Assembly (NCBI GenBank): GCA_004764695.1
Contig: SMSO01000031.1
Coordinates: 3,076,436-3,140,435 of the forward strand
Length of the DNA: 64,000 bases
Direction of reading: 5' to 3'
Source of the DNA: Schizochytrium sp. TIO01
Lineage: Eukaryota; Protista; Bigyra: Labyrinthulomycetes
In this document: positions 10,988 through 21,877 of the stretch, piece after piece
Position numbering within the stretch: the first letter of the stretch is position 1
Layout: each line of letters begins with the position of its first letter
Program-made: the position numbers and the translations under genes
The notes under the pieces: model-generated
What the model saw: the letters and a program-made list of their open reading frames with translations, nothing else
Told to the model about the DNA's origin: nothing
Databases searched by the model: none

Positions 10988-13900
10988 CGCGTTATCCGAC
11001 TCCACCGAGCTGGCGCCGGACTGTGAACTATTTAGCGTATGTCCTCTAATAAGCTCGCGCATTTCTCCTCCCTCCCTCCTCCAGGGCACAGTGCACAATA
11101 GCTGAGTACTTCTGCTTTTCTATATGGCACCAATTAAAATGTCCTAATGGAATCTCTGCGTGCTCTCGTGTATGTACCAATAGAGCGGGAGAAAGAAAAC
11201 AGAAAAGGAAAGGAAAGAAAACAGAAGTGAGGAGAAAAGAATACAGGAACAGGTGTCTTGCGAGCAGCGCGTGCACACAAAATGAAGGAACTTGAACCTG
11301 AAGGCGATTGATTACTACTTACTATCTGCGTGCTCTTTTCTCAGCTTTGAAAATGTGCAAGTTCTCCACGCCTCGGTGTTGTCGAGAAAGCCTTGAAGCA
11401 GGGTAGAATATCTAGACTCGTGGGCAGGGCTCAGGATTTGGGTGGATTGGCTGGGGGAAATGGGCGATAGCGGTTTGGCAGGCTATGTCCCGAATAACCT
11501 AGGTATGAACACGCACACAATTGGATGTATGGACGCTTATCTCTGAAAAGATGCACTCAGAACAAATAGAACAGAACGCTAGAGGTGGACTTCTGTTCCG
11601 TTCTGTTCGTGTTCTTTCTTCTTTTGGTTGCTCCCCTTCGAGCTTCAGGGTTCTTCGAAGCCGTGTGGTCGCTTCGTAGCTCCCGAAGGAGCCTTCGCAA
11701 CAGACACGCTATGAAAGGTTTGATGCCACACGTCCAACTTCTTCAGAGATCCCTCGCGTGGTTCTCTGAACAATCGCTGCTGCAAAAGGTTGATTGGACA
11801 GCTTGTTAGCAAGGAGGACGATGCAGTGATGGAGGATGTCCTGGATTTGATAGCTACAGTCTCAAGTCGCAAGGGCACCTCCCTCAGCGTATCCTGTAAG
11901 TGCCTATACTCTCGACGGGCTCAAGCACATACGCAGTGCCCCTTGGCAGACTTTGCCTGTCGTGGAGGGACTAGCTAGCCGGATTCTTGCAGGTTTTGAA
12001 GGTCTCTCTCGCCGAGGAAGTCTTGCGCAGAGCAATTGAATCAGCCGGCTCGATCGCCTCTTTTAGTCACGCGCAAGCCTAAACAATTTAGAAAATTAAT
12101 AAAAATTGAATAGGCAGTATTACTCTGAGCTTTACAAGAGACGCCCATGAAAGTATAATGGTCCTACCAAGCTAGCATCGGCAGACCTTTTAAAGCGGTC
12201 TCACGCTTGACATTCTCCATGTTACATATATTGAAGAAGCCTTAGTTAAATTTACCACGGTAGCTGCAACTGCTTATTGGTTGAGAAATTCTTTTGCCTT
12301 CCCCTCAGCTTTATAACTTGATGTTGAAGCCTTCTACTCTACATAACGTTTTTAATTGTCGTTATGTTCATCATCACAATGACAATGGCTGTAGTTTAGC
12401 ACCTAGGCGCGTCCCCCAAGGCCATTAAATGTGATTAATTAGTAAGGTGGTGCTGGAAATCAGCACATACCTCAACCTGGCATCTAAGGATCGCATTTGC
12501 TAAAATGACAATTTGTAGATGCTTGGCTTGGTAAGTCTCAACTGTTTCGATGCCAACCAGTAAACAGTGTTAGAAGCTCTCGAAGGTCATGAATCGTTGC
12601 GCAAAACGAAGATAATAGCAATGGTTGACTGTAATGTAGCATAAAGGTTCGCTCAGCACACGGAAAAGGATTATGGATATTTTAAAGGCTTGATTTGGCG
12701 AAATGAATGCCATTCTGTCACCTTGTACACTCATGTTTGCCTATTGGTGGGGCCAATTCACCCATGATGAACAAATCGCTACCAGCTACTTGAAGTTTTA
12801 AGTTACAGCGAGCGAGGGAATGGAGTACCAGAGGAGCTGGGCGTTCGCCTCCATTTTCCAGCTATCCCAGAACCACACAATAGCGCTGGACTCTCATCTT
12901 CGTCTACATCCGTTGTGGAAGTGCCTTTAGCTGCGCACGCCCTCTTTGCCGTGACCGTGACAGAAATTAACTCAAAGAGATGCGAGCGAGGGAACGGCCT
13001 AATATCAAAAGCGGCGTAAGAATTAGAGTACAAACCTCTTGAAGTTGGTGAACTGAATACTATGGTCAACATACGGCAAAAGCCTTATTCACAACCCTTC
13101 GGCATTGTTCTGGCACATTAAGCCCATTTCCTGTCTCGTCGGCATATAGAAGGCGCACGGCAGGGGGGTGACGGGTATCTTGAAGTACATTTTGGAGAGG
13201 AAAGTTGTGCCAAGGATCTCTCCAGCCATTAAGTAAAGCAGATGTGAGAAGCTTCACATGACATTCTCGCCGACTCTGTTTTCACTAGCCAAAATTTCTT
13301 GCCTCTTCTAACCTGCACAACTAAAACTAAGAGGATGAAGCACTCAAGATATCTGGATGTGCGTACCTACTTTCTCTTGAGTTTCTCTCACCGCTAGCTG
13401 GATAAGATGAGACTTCAATGCCTGAGAGTCTGCGTGAGCATGTTCCTCGCAATGCTCTGTCTGGAAGCCCCCTACGCACATGCACACGCGCTGAGTAAGG
13501 CCATGCCAGAGGCGCCCTTCTCTAGCTGTGCATTGCAAGAGTGATCTTTTGTTCCTAGATGAAAGAGCTACTCTCACAACACCACTGATGAGTTCTCCTC
13601 ACAAAATCTCCAGTGATGCTGAGAGTAAACGGCGCCCATCTCCTATACGCGTGCCCCGCAGCCATTTTAAAGAGGAAATGTGGCCATCATGTCCCAGAAA
13701 GTGTACCGATAAAGTTTTATACTTTCTTTATGTGTACGGCCCCTCTTGAACTTGAAGCATGAAAGAAGATGTCAGAAGGTTTAGTTGAGACTTTGTGGCG
13801 TTCGCTTTCTGGGCTTTGAGCAAGGGCTACGCTTGGCTGCATTCTAAGGGAGCTTGTGGGCGACTGAGGGATAAGAGCCCTTCTTTGCTACGAGTGCTAG

Positions 13901-14870
13901 CGACCATCTCCGTGTACTCGATCAGCTCGCGTGGACATAGTCTAGGTCGCGGCTCTTTCGGCCAGCACTATAGAATAGCTATGTTAAATATTAAGAATGA
14001 AATAGTCACTTTATTTTCTATTTTGAAAAAAGAAAAACACCAAAGAATAAGTATTAGCCGTGACCTATGCATAGCAAGTAGTAAAGAGGCACGTGCATAT
14101 AATTTCATTATCTTAAAAATGATAAAGCAGGTAGTATCCAAATTGTGCACATGATACTCAGAGACCATCATAGAAAGTACCATATGGCGCTGTCTCTGAA
14201 CAAACGAGATGGCCTTCATAGTCATTCCCATGCGCATATCGCAGCACGAGAAGCAATCGAACCACACGCTGTTGTAATGGGTCAGCATTAGGGATCTTTG
14301 GTGCTGCAAAGAGTGCGAAAGAGGGAGTGCAAAAAAGGTAATGTAGTTATTCCGTGTCTTGTAATTTCACGCAAAGTGATATTTTTTTTCACTCGCTCAC
14401 TCGAAAGGAAATAATAGAAATTATCAAGTTAGTGAGCTGCTTAACAATGGAGCAATACAATAATCACACTGCGTGTGCATGACTTATTTGATTGATATAA
14501 CATTTGATGACTTTGCAAACTAGCAATCCTGCTTCTCCACGCAGACGGGTCGTAGCGACGACCCTACCGTGAGGCTTTTGCGCTCGCTGCCTGCGAGCTC
14601 TGCAGGGCTGGCTGACAGGCTAGCTTGCCGACCAACGAGGTATTTGGCTGGTACAGACACCGGACCCAAAGTGGTCCTGACTAAGGTTCGGAGTGAGACA
14701 ACGGGGCCAAAGACTGTTAATAGCGGCCCTCACGACCAAGGGCGTCTCCATTGGTACGACTTCATATCTTTCGACGCGATTACTGACCGTGCTTCCGAAG
14801 AAACAAGTTGATAAGGTAAATCAGCAGAATGTCGCGCATAAGATCGTGGAAAGAGACTTTACAGAGGACT

Positions 14871-17688
14871 ATGGCGCCACCATCTGGACCAGGGCTTGAG
14901 TCATCAACGCCACGGCTATTTTCTCCAAGGCCTCCGTCTGCAGCGCATCCAGATGACTTTCTCGCCACAATTCAGGAAGCAGAGGTCTCTGAAAGCAGAC
15001 CAAATATTTTCCGACGTATGGGGGGTAAGGTTGGGAAACAAATTCGTAAGAAGCATGCATGTGAACGCGCTTTCATGTGCGCCTTAGCGGTGAGTTTATT
15101 GTGGCTCACCTCTCTCGTTGTTGCAAAGGAAGTTACTCATTTGTTCATTCCCGTGCCAACTATGCAAAGTGTAGATGATTCAGTAACCCTCATGACAGAC
15201 AATACTAAAGCTCAGCGCACAGCATATCAAGACTGTGCAACACGTGTTGCAGAGGTTTGTGAGGCAGATTTCAATGCAGATACAACTGCAGAGTCATCTC
15301 GCCTTGCTGCAGTACAAAGCGCAATTGAAGAACACATTGCTTCTATTAAATCTGAAGTTGTATACTGCAGTCAAGCGTACCTGAATGCAACAAACATTTT
15401 CAATGCATACTCGAATTCCAACAGCTATGTATCTTCTACTGGCGCTATTTGTAGCCAATATTCATTCTCTGAATTCCTCTCGAGCGAGACAAACACAGCT
15501 AATGCTGTGCAGGACCTAGAATCTTACAAGGGTGCTTCCGATGCACAAGTGGAAGATCTCAATAATCAGATCGGAGCGCGTGCAGCCTATGACCTGGAGT
15601 TCATGAACAATAAAACAAACGGACTGTTTGCTGAGGTGGGTGCAAGCTTGATGGAGAATTTGACTTCTTCGGATGAATTTTATGCTGCTGTAGAAACCGA
15701 ATACGCTAGCTTTATGGCATGTGTTTCACCAACTTCGAGTTACGTAAAGTCTGATGGCACGACTGCCGTCTGTGGCAGTAGTACCATATTTTATAAAGCA
15801 AACCAGCAAATGGACCAGATGCAAAATACTTACGAATCTCTGCTTGATGAGGCTCGAGCCTACAGAACTGAAATTGAAGCAAAGATGACACGCTACGAGG
15901 AACTTCGCAAACGCGTGGAAAACATCTACCACACTCTTGTTGAAAGTGGGTTTCCGGGTAGCTGGGTTTACCTTTCAGGACTATCGCTCGGGTTTTCAGA
16001 ACACTTGTCAAGCCTTCTTGGTTCTCAATTTGATTCTCTGACAAATCTCGTGGAGGGCCCAGCAGAAATCTATGCAGATATGCAAACCAAATCTGCATTG
16101 TTTCTTGCAAGTGTGACTGGTGAAGGTGGCTCGGTTGATTCGTCAAATGCGCAGTTCGAGGGAAATGTTACCGCGCTTATGATGGAGATCTTTGATGACT
16201 ATAATCCACCGTATGTAAACGAAACCCTATTGGAAGAGCAACAACGCGCCTCGTCGTCTGTTGTTGGTGAAGTGACGCATGAACTTTCCTCTGTGACCTC
16301 TGAGGAAAACGGAACCTCCTCTGTGGAAGAGTTTGTGGATTCCTCTGCTGTCAACATCTCACAAGCAAGCGCTCAACTTCTTGATAAAGCAGACCCTCGC
16401 ACATGGGCTGACTATTACTCGTATCCTGAAGACGTTTTTGCACAGTTCGTTGCTGGTATGGTCAGTGTAAATGATCTTGCATTAGCGTTTGATTATGCTT
16501 ATCGTGTGATTCATTCGCTTATGCTTATTCGCAAATATTGGAACATCTCTGCTATCAACACTCCGCCAGCGGATGTGCGTACCAAGAAGGGCATCGCAGC
16601 GGGTACCTTTGTGGCGCAACAGAACCCGGCGCAGAAGGTCGCGAGCATACTGACCAACCCTATTTTCAACATTTTTCTTGTTCTTTTGTTTCTCGGCCTT
16701 TTTGGTGCGGCTTTCTATGGTACCTACAGCCCCATCTACAATGAGTACACCAACAACTGCGTTGACAAGTGCTATCAGGAGATCCAGAACACCATCGTAG
16801 ATGTCAATGGCGAGAAACGGTACAATACAACTGCCAATGGGACAATGCTTTATCGCAACGCTTTTGCATTAGCGCAGCAATATGCATTCAGCGATGGTGA
16901 TCATATTGCTAATACACAAGTGGATTCATTAGGTGTGACAATGGAACTATCTTGCCGTGATGAGACAGTCGACTCAATTTCTATTCGTCTGAATCAAGAT
17001 GATCGATATGACTATTACACTACGCGCGCAATTGATCTAACTCCCAAGTACGAATACATTCGCGAATGCATCGACACAGCAGGTATAGAGTCTGCAACCT
17101 CATATACGTTTGCTGATGTTATCAAGCAAGATCTTGATCTATGCGTTAAGACCTATGAAACACTCGAGGAGTATCTCACAACCCTGAATCTCCAAGTGAC
17201 TTCTTTACAACGCATCTACAATTGTGATAGCATTGGAGCCTGCAACTTTGACTGCTCTGGTCCCAACGAGGCTGTCCTGCGTGGTGTAACCTTTGAAACT
17301 TCGTGTACCTCGGAATGGTATGCGCATGCACAGCTTCTAACCTTTTTTTGTGCCCTTTTTGGTTTTATTACTATCAACTTGGCACGCGTGATTTTTCCTG
17401 AACGGAATTGTGAAAGTTATGTGGCGACACCTCAGTTCACATAAATTTGCAATGATTGCGTCTTGCCGTGAAGATGGAGCTATCATTTACCCTGAGGAGG
17501 TCACGGAGGAGGGGGAATCATTTCGAAAGGTCATCATCAAACAGCTTCGTGTGGCAATCCGTGAGTTTGAGCGCCGTGGCTGCCTTATTACTCTTTTTGG
17601 AGTTTCATTAATCTTTCCTTGGTTTGCAATTCTCTTCACGCTTAGTGAACACCTTGCCTTTGATTCCGATAAAATCTGTGAGCTTTAA
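14871..17688 (+). CDS. Uncharacterised five-TM glycoprotein, subtype B copy 1 (B1), with a +1 frameshift in the T run at 17392-17396
   Basis: ORF 14829-17444 joined to ORF 17410-17688 aligns end to end with B2. Removing one T from ATTTTTCCTG restores RVIFLNGIVKVMWRH (B2: RIVFLDGIVKVFWRH). Start ATG 14871 (MAPPSGP) or 14829. Confidence 0.88.
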
Positions 17689-18742
17689 ATGGGACACGTG
17701 GCACAATGCATGCTTTTGACTAATCTTTCGGCCTACAGATGAACAGAGATGGAAAGAGCTTCTGTTTCGGGTTCTCATTTCGCCACCCTCCAATTTTCAT
17801 TCAAAACTGTTTATCTTTTTTTCGTTCTGTTGTAATTTTGAATTATTATATATTTTTATCGCTATTAAATTCCCAATTTGATTGGAAAGTCTACAACAAC
17901 TGATGCATCACATGGCATATCCTATTTTGATGTAATCTAGTGAGATTTGAAGGTTTCAAGATGCTTTGAATGCGTTCAAATCAGAGTCAAACGTGAGTTG
18001 GACGAGAAACGGGGTCTACCCTCCTTAGGTGTGGGTTGTACACTATATGCACACTCGGGTCACTCACGACTCATGTATATTTCAATTTTGAAAATATTTT
18101 TATTTTTTTTAAATATGATAAATTTCCTCTTCTTAGATATTATTAGTATTTTTTTAAAAGTATTTTTTCAATTAATTAAAAATTCATGTCAGGAGGAAAA
18201 AAAGAAAGAAAAAAACCTATATATGACATAAATTATACAAAACACATCACTGCATGGAAGGGTTGACAATTGCAAGACTGCCATGATGGAAAGCTTAATC
18301 CTGTTTGCGACAAAGCTTGAGTAGAGCAGATAATGACTAGGAGATACCATGAGTATACTATGATAAGCAGAAGTGTTCATCAGGTTCTTGAAACAGAACT
18401 CGAAGTTGATAAATTTAATCTTGTTTTATTCTTTATTTCCCTGAAACAGATGTAAAATGCTTACGCGTCCCTGCATAAACAGTAAGATATGCCGATACTC
18501 AAAGGGATGGCAGACCTAAAAAGGAGAATCAAGAAAGAAAGGCAATGTGGTAACGAACAATATCATTTAATATGATGATTATTATTTAAAAAACAAAACA
18601 AATACACAAAGAAAAAACGAAATAAGCAACAAAAGAAAAGGGGCAACAAACGGAGGCGAGTAAGAGTGATAGAAAGTTCGATTCCTCGGATACGTAGCTT
18701 CCCAAGCTCACCCAAGAAGTTCGCACGCTATGAGTATAAGGA

Positions 18743-21700
18743 TTATGAAGATGTGTACTGAATAGTCTTGTGGAACCAAGTAAGAGCCCAAATCCAAGGC
18801 ACGTTCATGAGGATGGCAATTGCTAGCAACATTTGACCTTCACGCTCCCATTTCTTGATAGCATCCCTAACAGCAATGCGGATAGCCTCCTGCATAGTAT
18901 CTCCTTTCTCAGTCACACGTTCAGGGTAGATAATATCTCCCCTATCAGTGACGCTAATGTATACGCTGAAGTTACGAACAACAACGCAACGCCATAGAAC
19001 ACGAACAAGCGCACGGCTTCCAATAACACGTGAGATGTTAATGATAATGTACACTCCGATCACGAAGAGCCCGGCAAACAGGTTTGAATGGAACCAATAT
19101 TCAGTCTGGCACGAAGCATCAAAGATTACAGATCGCAATAGTTCCTCATCGGGGCCTTCTGCCTGACTTTGACTTGTGTCCTTGCCGCGAATTGATGCAC
19201 AACCAGATACACTTGTGCAATTATAAATTGCCGTTTCTTCTAGATCGCCAAAATCATAGTAAAAGTGTTTGTCACTAGTTCGTGTGACAAAATCGTACGC
19301 GTTGCTAGTGGCAGCATCAACTGCAGCAAGGTCAATGCACTCGACAAGTGCAGCGTTTTGCACAGTAATATCGGTGTAGTCGGTCATGAGAGTGTCATAT
19401 CGATCTACTTGAGCATTGTATAGAGTTGTATCGTCGAAACTTTGCTTGCTACAGTACGTGTCACGACCAACATTAATCTCGTTGGTGCGACTCGAAGCAA
19501 GAGAGTCTCCATTTGATGCAGCATACTGAAAAGCTACTGAATAAATGTTCCTGTAAAGCATGGTACCACTTGTCACATTATCCTCAACAGCGACATAATC
19601 ATTCTGTACACAAGACTCGACGTATTCATAGTAAAGGCCACTATAAGTATACCAAAAGGCCCAAAGAATGACACCTGCTGCTGTGAGACATAATACAGTG
19701 AGGACAACTGGGTTGAGTAAAATTGCAGCAAGCTTTTGGTACGCTGTTTTCTTTGGTCCCCAGCCTTCTCCATAGTCAGAACCAATACGGGCATCGCCTG
19801 GGGGTGTTGCAAGGCCTGTTAGTGACCAGTACTTGTGAATCAGCATGAAGGTATAAATGACACGAAAGAGAGTATCAAAGATCAGAATAAGCTCGTCCAT
19901 TGTGTTGAAACCACTTTGAACGTTGTTCATGATCGAGCTTGAGTAAGAATAAAAATCCCAGCTTGTATGGTCTGTCAAGGACACAAGAACATCACTGGCA
20001 GTAGTATTGATACTCAAGACAGCAGAATCGACTGTCGCTGACAAGGTAGAGTTGTCATATGTGCTAGATGCAGTTGTAGTAAGAGATGACAATTCATCAC
20101 TGAATGAATCCAAAAAACTATCTGAAAGAGCAGTGAGGTTGTCGAGAGTGCCATTAATGTCCAAGTCAGAATCACCAGGATCACAGTCACTATCCCAATC
20201 ATCGCCCCAGCTTGTTGCTGCAGTACGCATTTGCTCTTGGTAAGCTTCAAAAACGTCACTGGCATTGGCAAAGTTGCTCAATAAACCGCTGTAGTAAGAA
20301 GAAAACCCGCTCGTGACTTCAGATGTAGATGGTACACTATCAATAGAATAGCTCGATGTGTCGAAGTCTGGTACATCGGCATCATCCTCACTTGGGATCG
20401 AACTCGTACCAAATGCTTCCTGAAAAGTAGAGTAATACTTATTAACAGACTCAATTGTCTTCTTATACTCCGCCATTTGCTCAACTGCATCATCGTAGTA
20501 TGTCTCAGCGGCACTCTTTAGACCATCAAAGTACTCCGTACATGTATCAGCCATGTCTGATAGTTTATCAAAGATGCTTGTTGCTGTCGAGCATGTTCCA
20601 TTGTAAGTGATACATTCCTTGAAGTCATTTGCGTAGCTTTTAACATTGTTGAAAACCTTGGTCATGTTCGGAATGGCTGCTGCCATTTTGTCTTTGACAT
20701 CTGTCAGATCTTGTGTCTTATTTGCCAAGTACTCTGCGTCATAAGCTTGCCGTGCATAAATCTGAGATGCAAGGTCCTGAGCGGCATAGGTTGATGTTGA
20801 GACATATCCATTAGCAGCTGTGAGGGCTGCGACAACACTCGCGTTACCAGCTACAATGCCATCAATGAGTTTGCATTCAGAAGCATTTGAGGTCGTACGG
20901 TAACCCCCACCCGATTCTAAATTGATGGTGCCATCCGTGACTAGAGCATCTAGCCAGATTTGTGTTTCGTTATAGACGTCATTGACGTAGGTGATATTGG
21001 TCACCAGGTAGCTTAGGATGTTGTAGTTGTATTCTTTGAGAGCTAGCGTTCGATAGAATTCAGTTCTGTTGGAGGAGTCGAGGTCGGACTCACATTCATC
21101 TGCGACAAGAGCAACATCATTGTAGTATTCATCACGAGTGCTCACTGTCGTATCGTACGCAAAAACATCTACCTCGTAAACCTCTGTCAGCTCCGGGGTT
21201 GGGATGAATGCCAAAACAATTGATCGAGCAACGGCATAAGAAGTTAGCCAAAGAAGGCAAACTGCGATCATAGCAAGCCAGAGGCGCTGGGCAATGCGCT
21301 TGTCTGCTACTTTGTGTGCAGTAGCCATGCCGGCACCTTTCACGCCGCCCTTCACCTTGGCGAGAACAAACGTATTGGTCGTTTTGGTCACTGTGCTGCC
21401 GGCTTCAACAGTTTCCAAATCATCATCATCTGAGGATGCACCATCCTCCTCGAAAGCGTACTCGGGAGGCCGGTCTGGGTCCTTGTGAGGGAGGATATTT
21501 GCTAGTGAAGGTCTACCTCTGGCATCGAGAGACCTTCTGAAGATGCCAGTAAGCGATGGTCTTGACCGCAGGGACCAGACAGTTTTGCGAGGAGGCGGGT
21601 ATGCAGTTGGAGTCTCACCAGGAAGTCCGTGATCATGTGTAGCCGTTGCCAATGCCATTGGTATGGAGTCGCTGTCCTCATCATGGGTGTCTCCATTTGC

Positions 21701-21877
21701 CTGCTCAACCCGGGTCCGTCTGCGAGCTGCCGCAGCTGCAAGACTTGAACTTGCAGCCCCACTAAGCCTTCCGCTGAAGCGACCAAGCCTCGCGGAAACC
21801 CTTGATGCAAATCTCCATGGTGAGTTGTCTACCTCGTCTTCTGATGGTGGTGGTCCTTGAGGAATAGGAGGTGCCAT
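18743..21877 (-). CDS. Uncharacterised five-TM glycoprotein, subtype A copy 2 (A2)
   Basis: 1044-aa intronless ORF, clear paralogue of A1 (EYAFEEDGASS, IAQRxWLA, GTMLYRN, SIRGKD..QSQAEGPD). Confidence 0.92.
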   Translation of the reverse strand: MAPPIPQGPPPSEDEVDNSPWRFASRVSARLGRFSGRLSGAASSSLAAAAARRRTRVEQANGDTHDEDSDSIPMALATATHDHGLPGETPTAYPPPRKTVWSLRSRPSLTGIFRRSLDARGRPSLANILPHKDPDRPPEYAFEEDGASSDDDDLETVEAGSTVTKTTNTFVLAKVKGGVKGAGMATAHKVADKRIAQRLWLAMIAVCLLWLTSYAVARSIVLAFIPTPELTEVYEVDVFAYDTTVSTRDEYYNDVALVADECESDLDSSNRTEFYRTLALKEYNYNILSYLVTNITYVNDVYNETQIWLDALVTDGTINLESGGGYRTTSNASECKLIDGIVAGNASVVAALTAANGYVSTSTYAAQDLASQIYARQAYDAEYLANKTQDLTDVKDKMAAAIPNMTKVFNNVKSYANDFKECITYNGTCSTATSIFDKLSDMADTCTEYFDGLKSAAETYYDDAVEQMAEYKKTIESVNKYYSTFQEAFGTSSIPSEDDADVPDFDTSSYSIDSVPSTSEVTSGFSSYYSGLLSNFANASDVFEAYQEQMRTAATSWGDDWDSDCDPGDSDLDINGTLDNLTALSDSFLDSFSDELSSLTTTASSTYDNSTLSATVDSAVLSINTTASDVLVSLTDHTSWDFYSYSSSIMNNVQSGFNTMDELILIFDTLFRVIYTFMLIHKYWSLTGLATPPGDARIGSDYGEGWGPKKTAYQKLAAILLNPVVLTVLCLTAAGVILWAFWYTYSGLYYEYVESCVQNDYVAVEDNVTSGTMLYRNIYSVAFQYAASNGDSLASSRTNEINVGRDTYCSKQSFDDTTLYNAQVDRYDTLMTDYTDITVQNAALVECIDLAAVDAATSNAYDFVTRTSDKHFYYDFGDLEETAIYNCTSVSGCASIRGKDTSQSQAEGPDEELLRSVIFDASCQTEYWFHSNLFAGLFVIGVYIIINISRVIGSRALVRVLWRCVVVRNFSVYISVTDRGDIIYPERVTEKGDTMQEAIRIAVRDAIKKWEREGQMLLAIAILMNVPWIWALTWFHKTIQYTSS

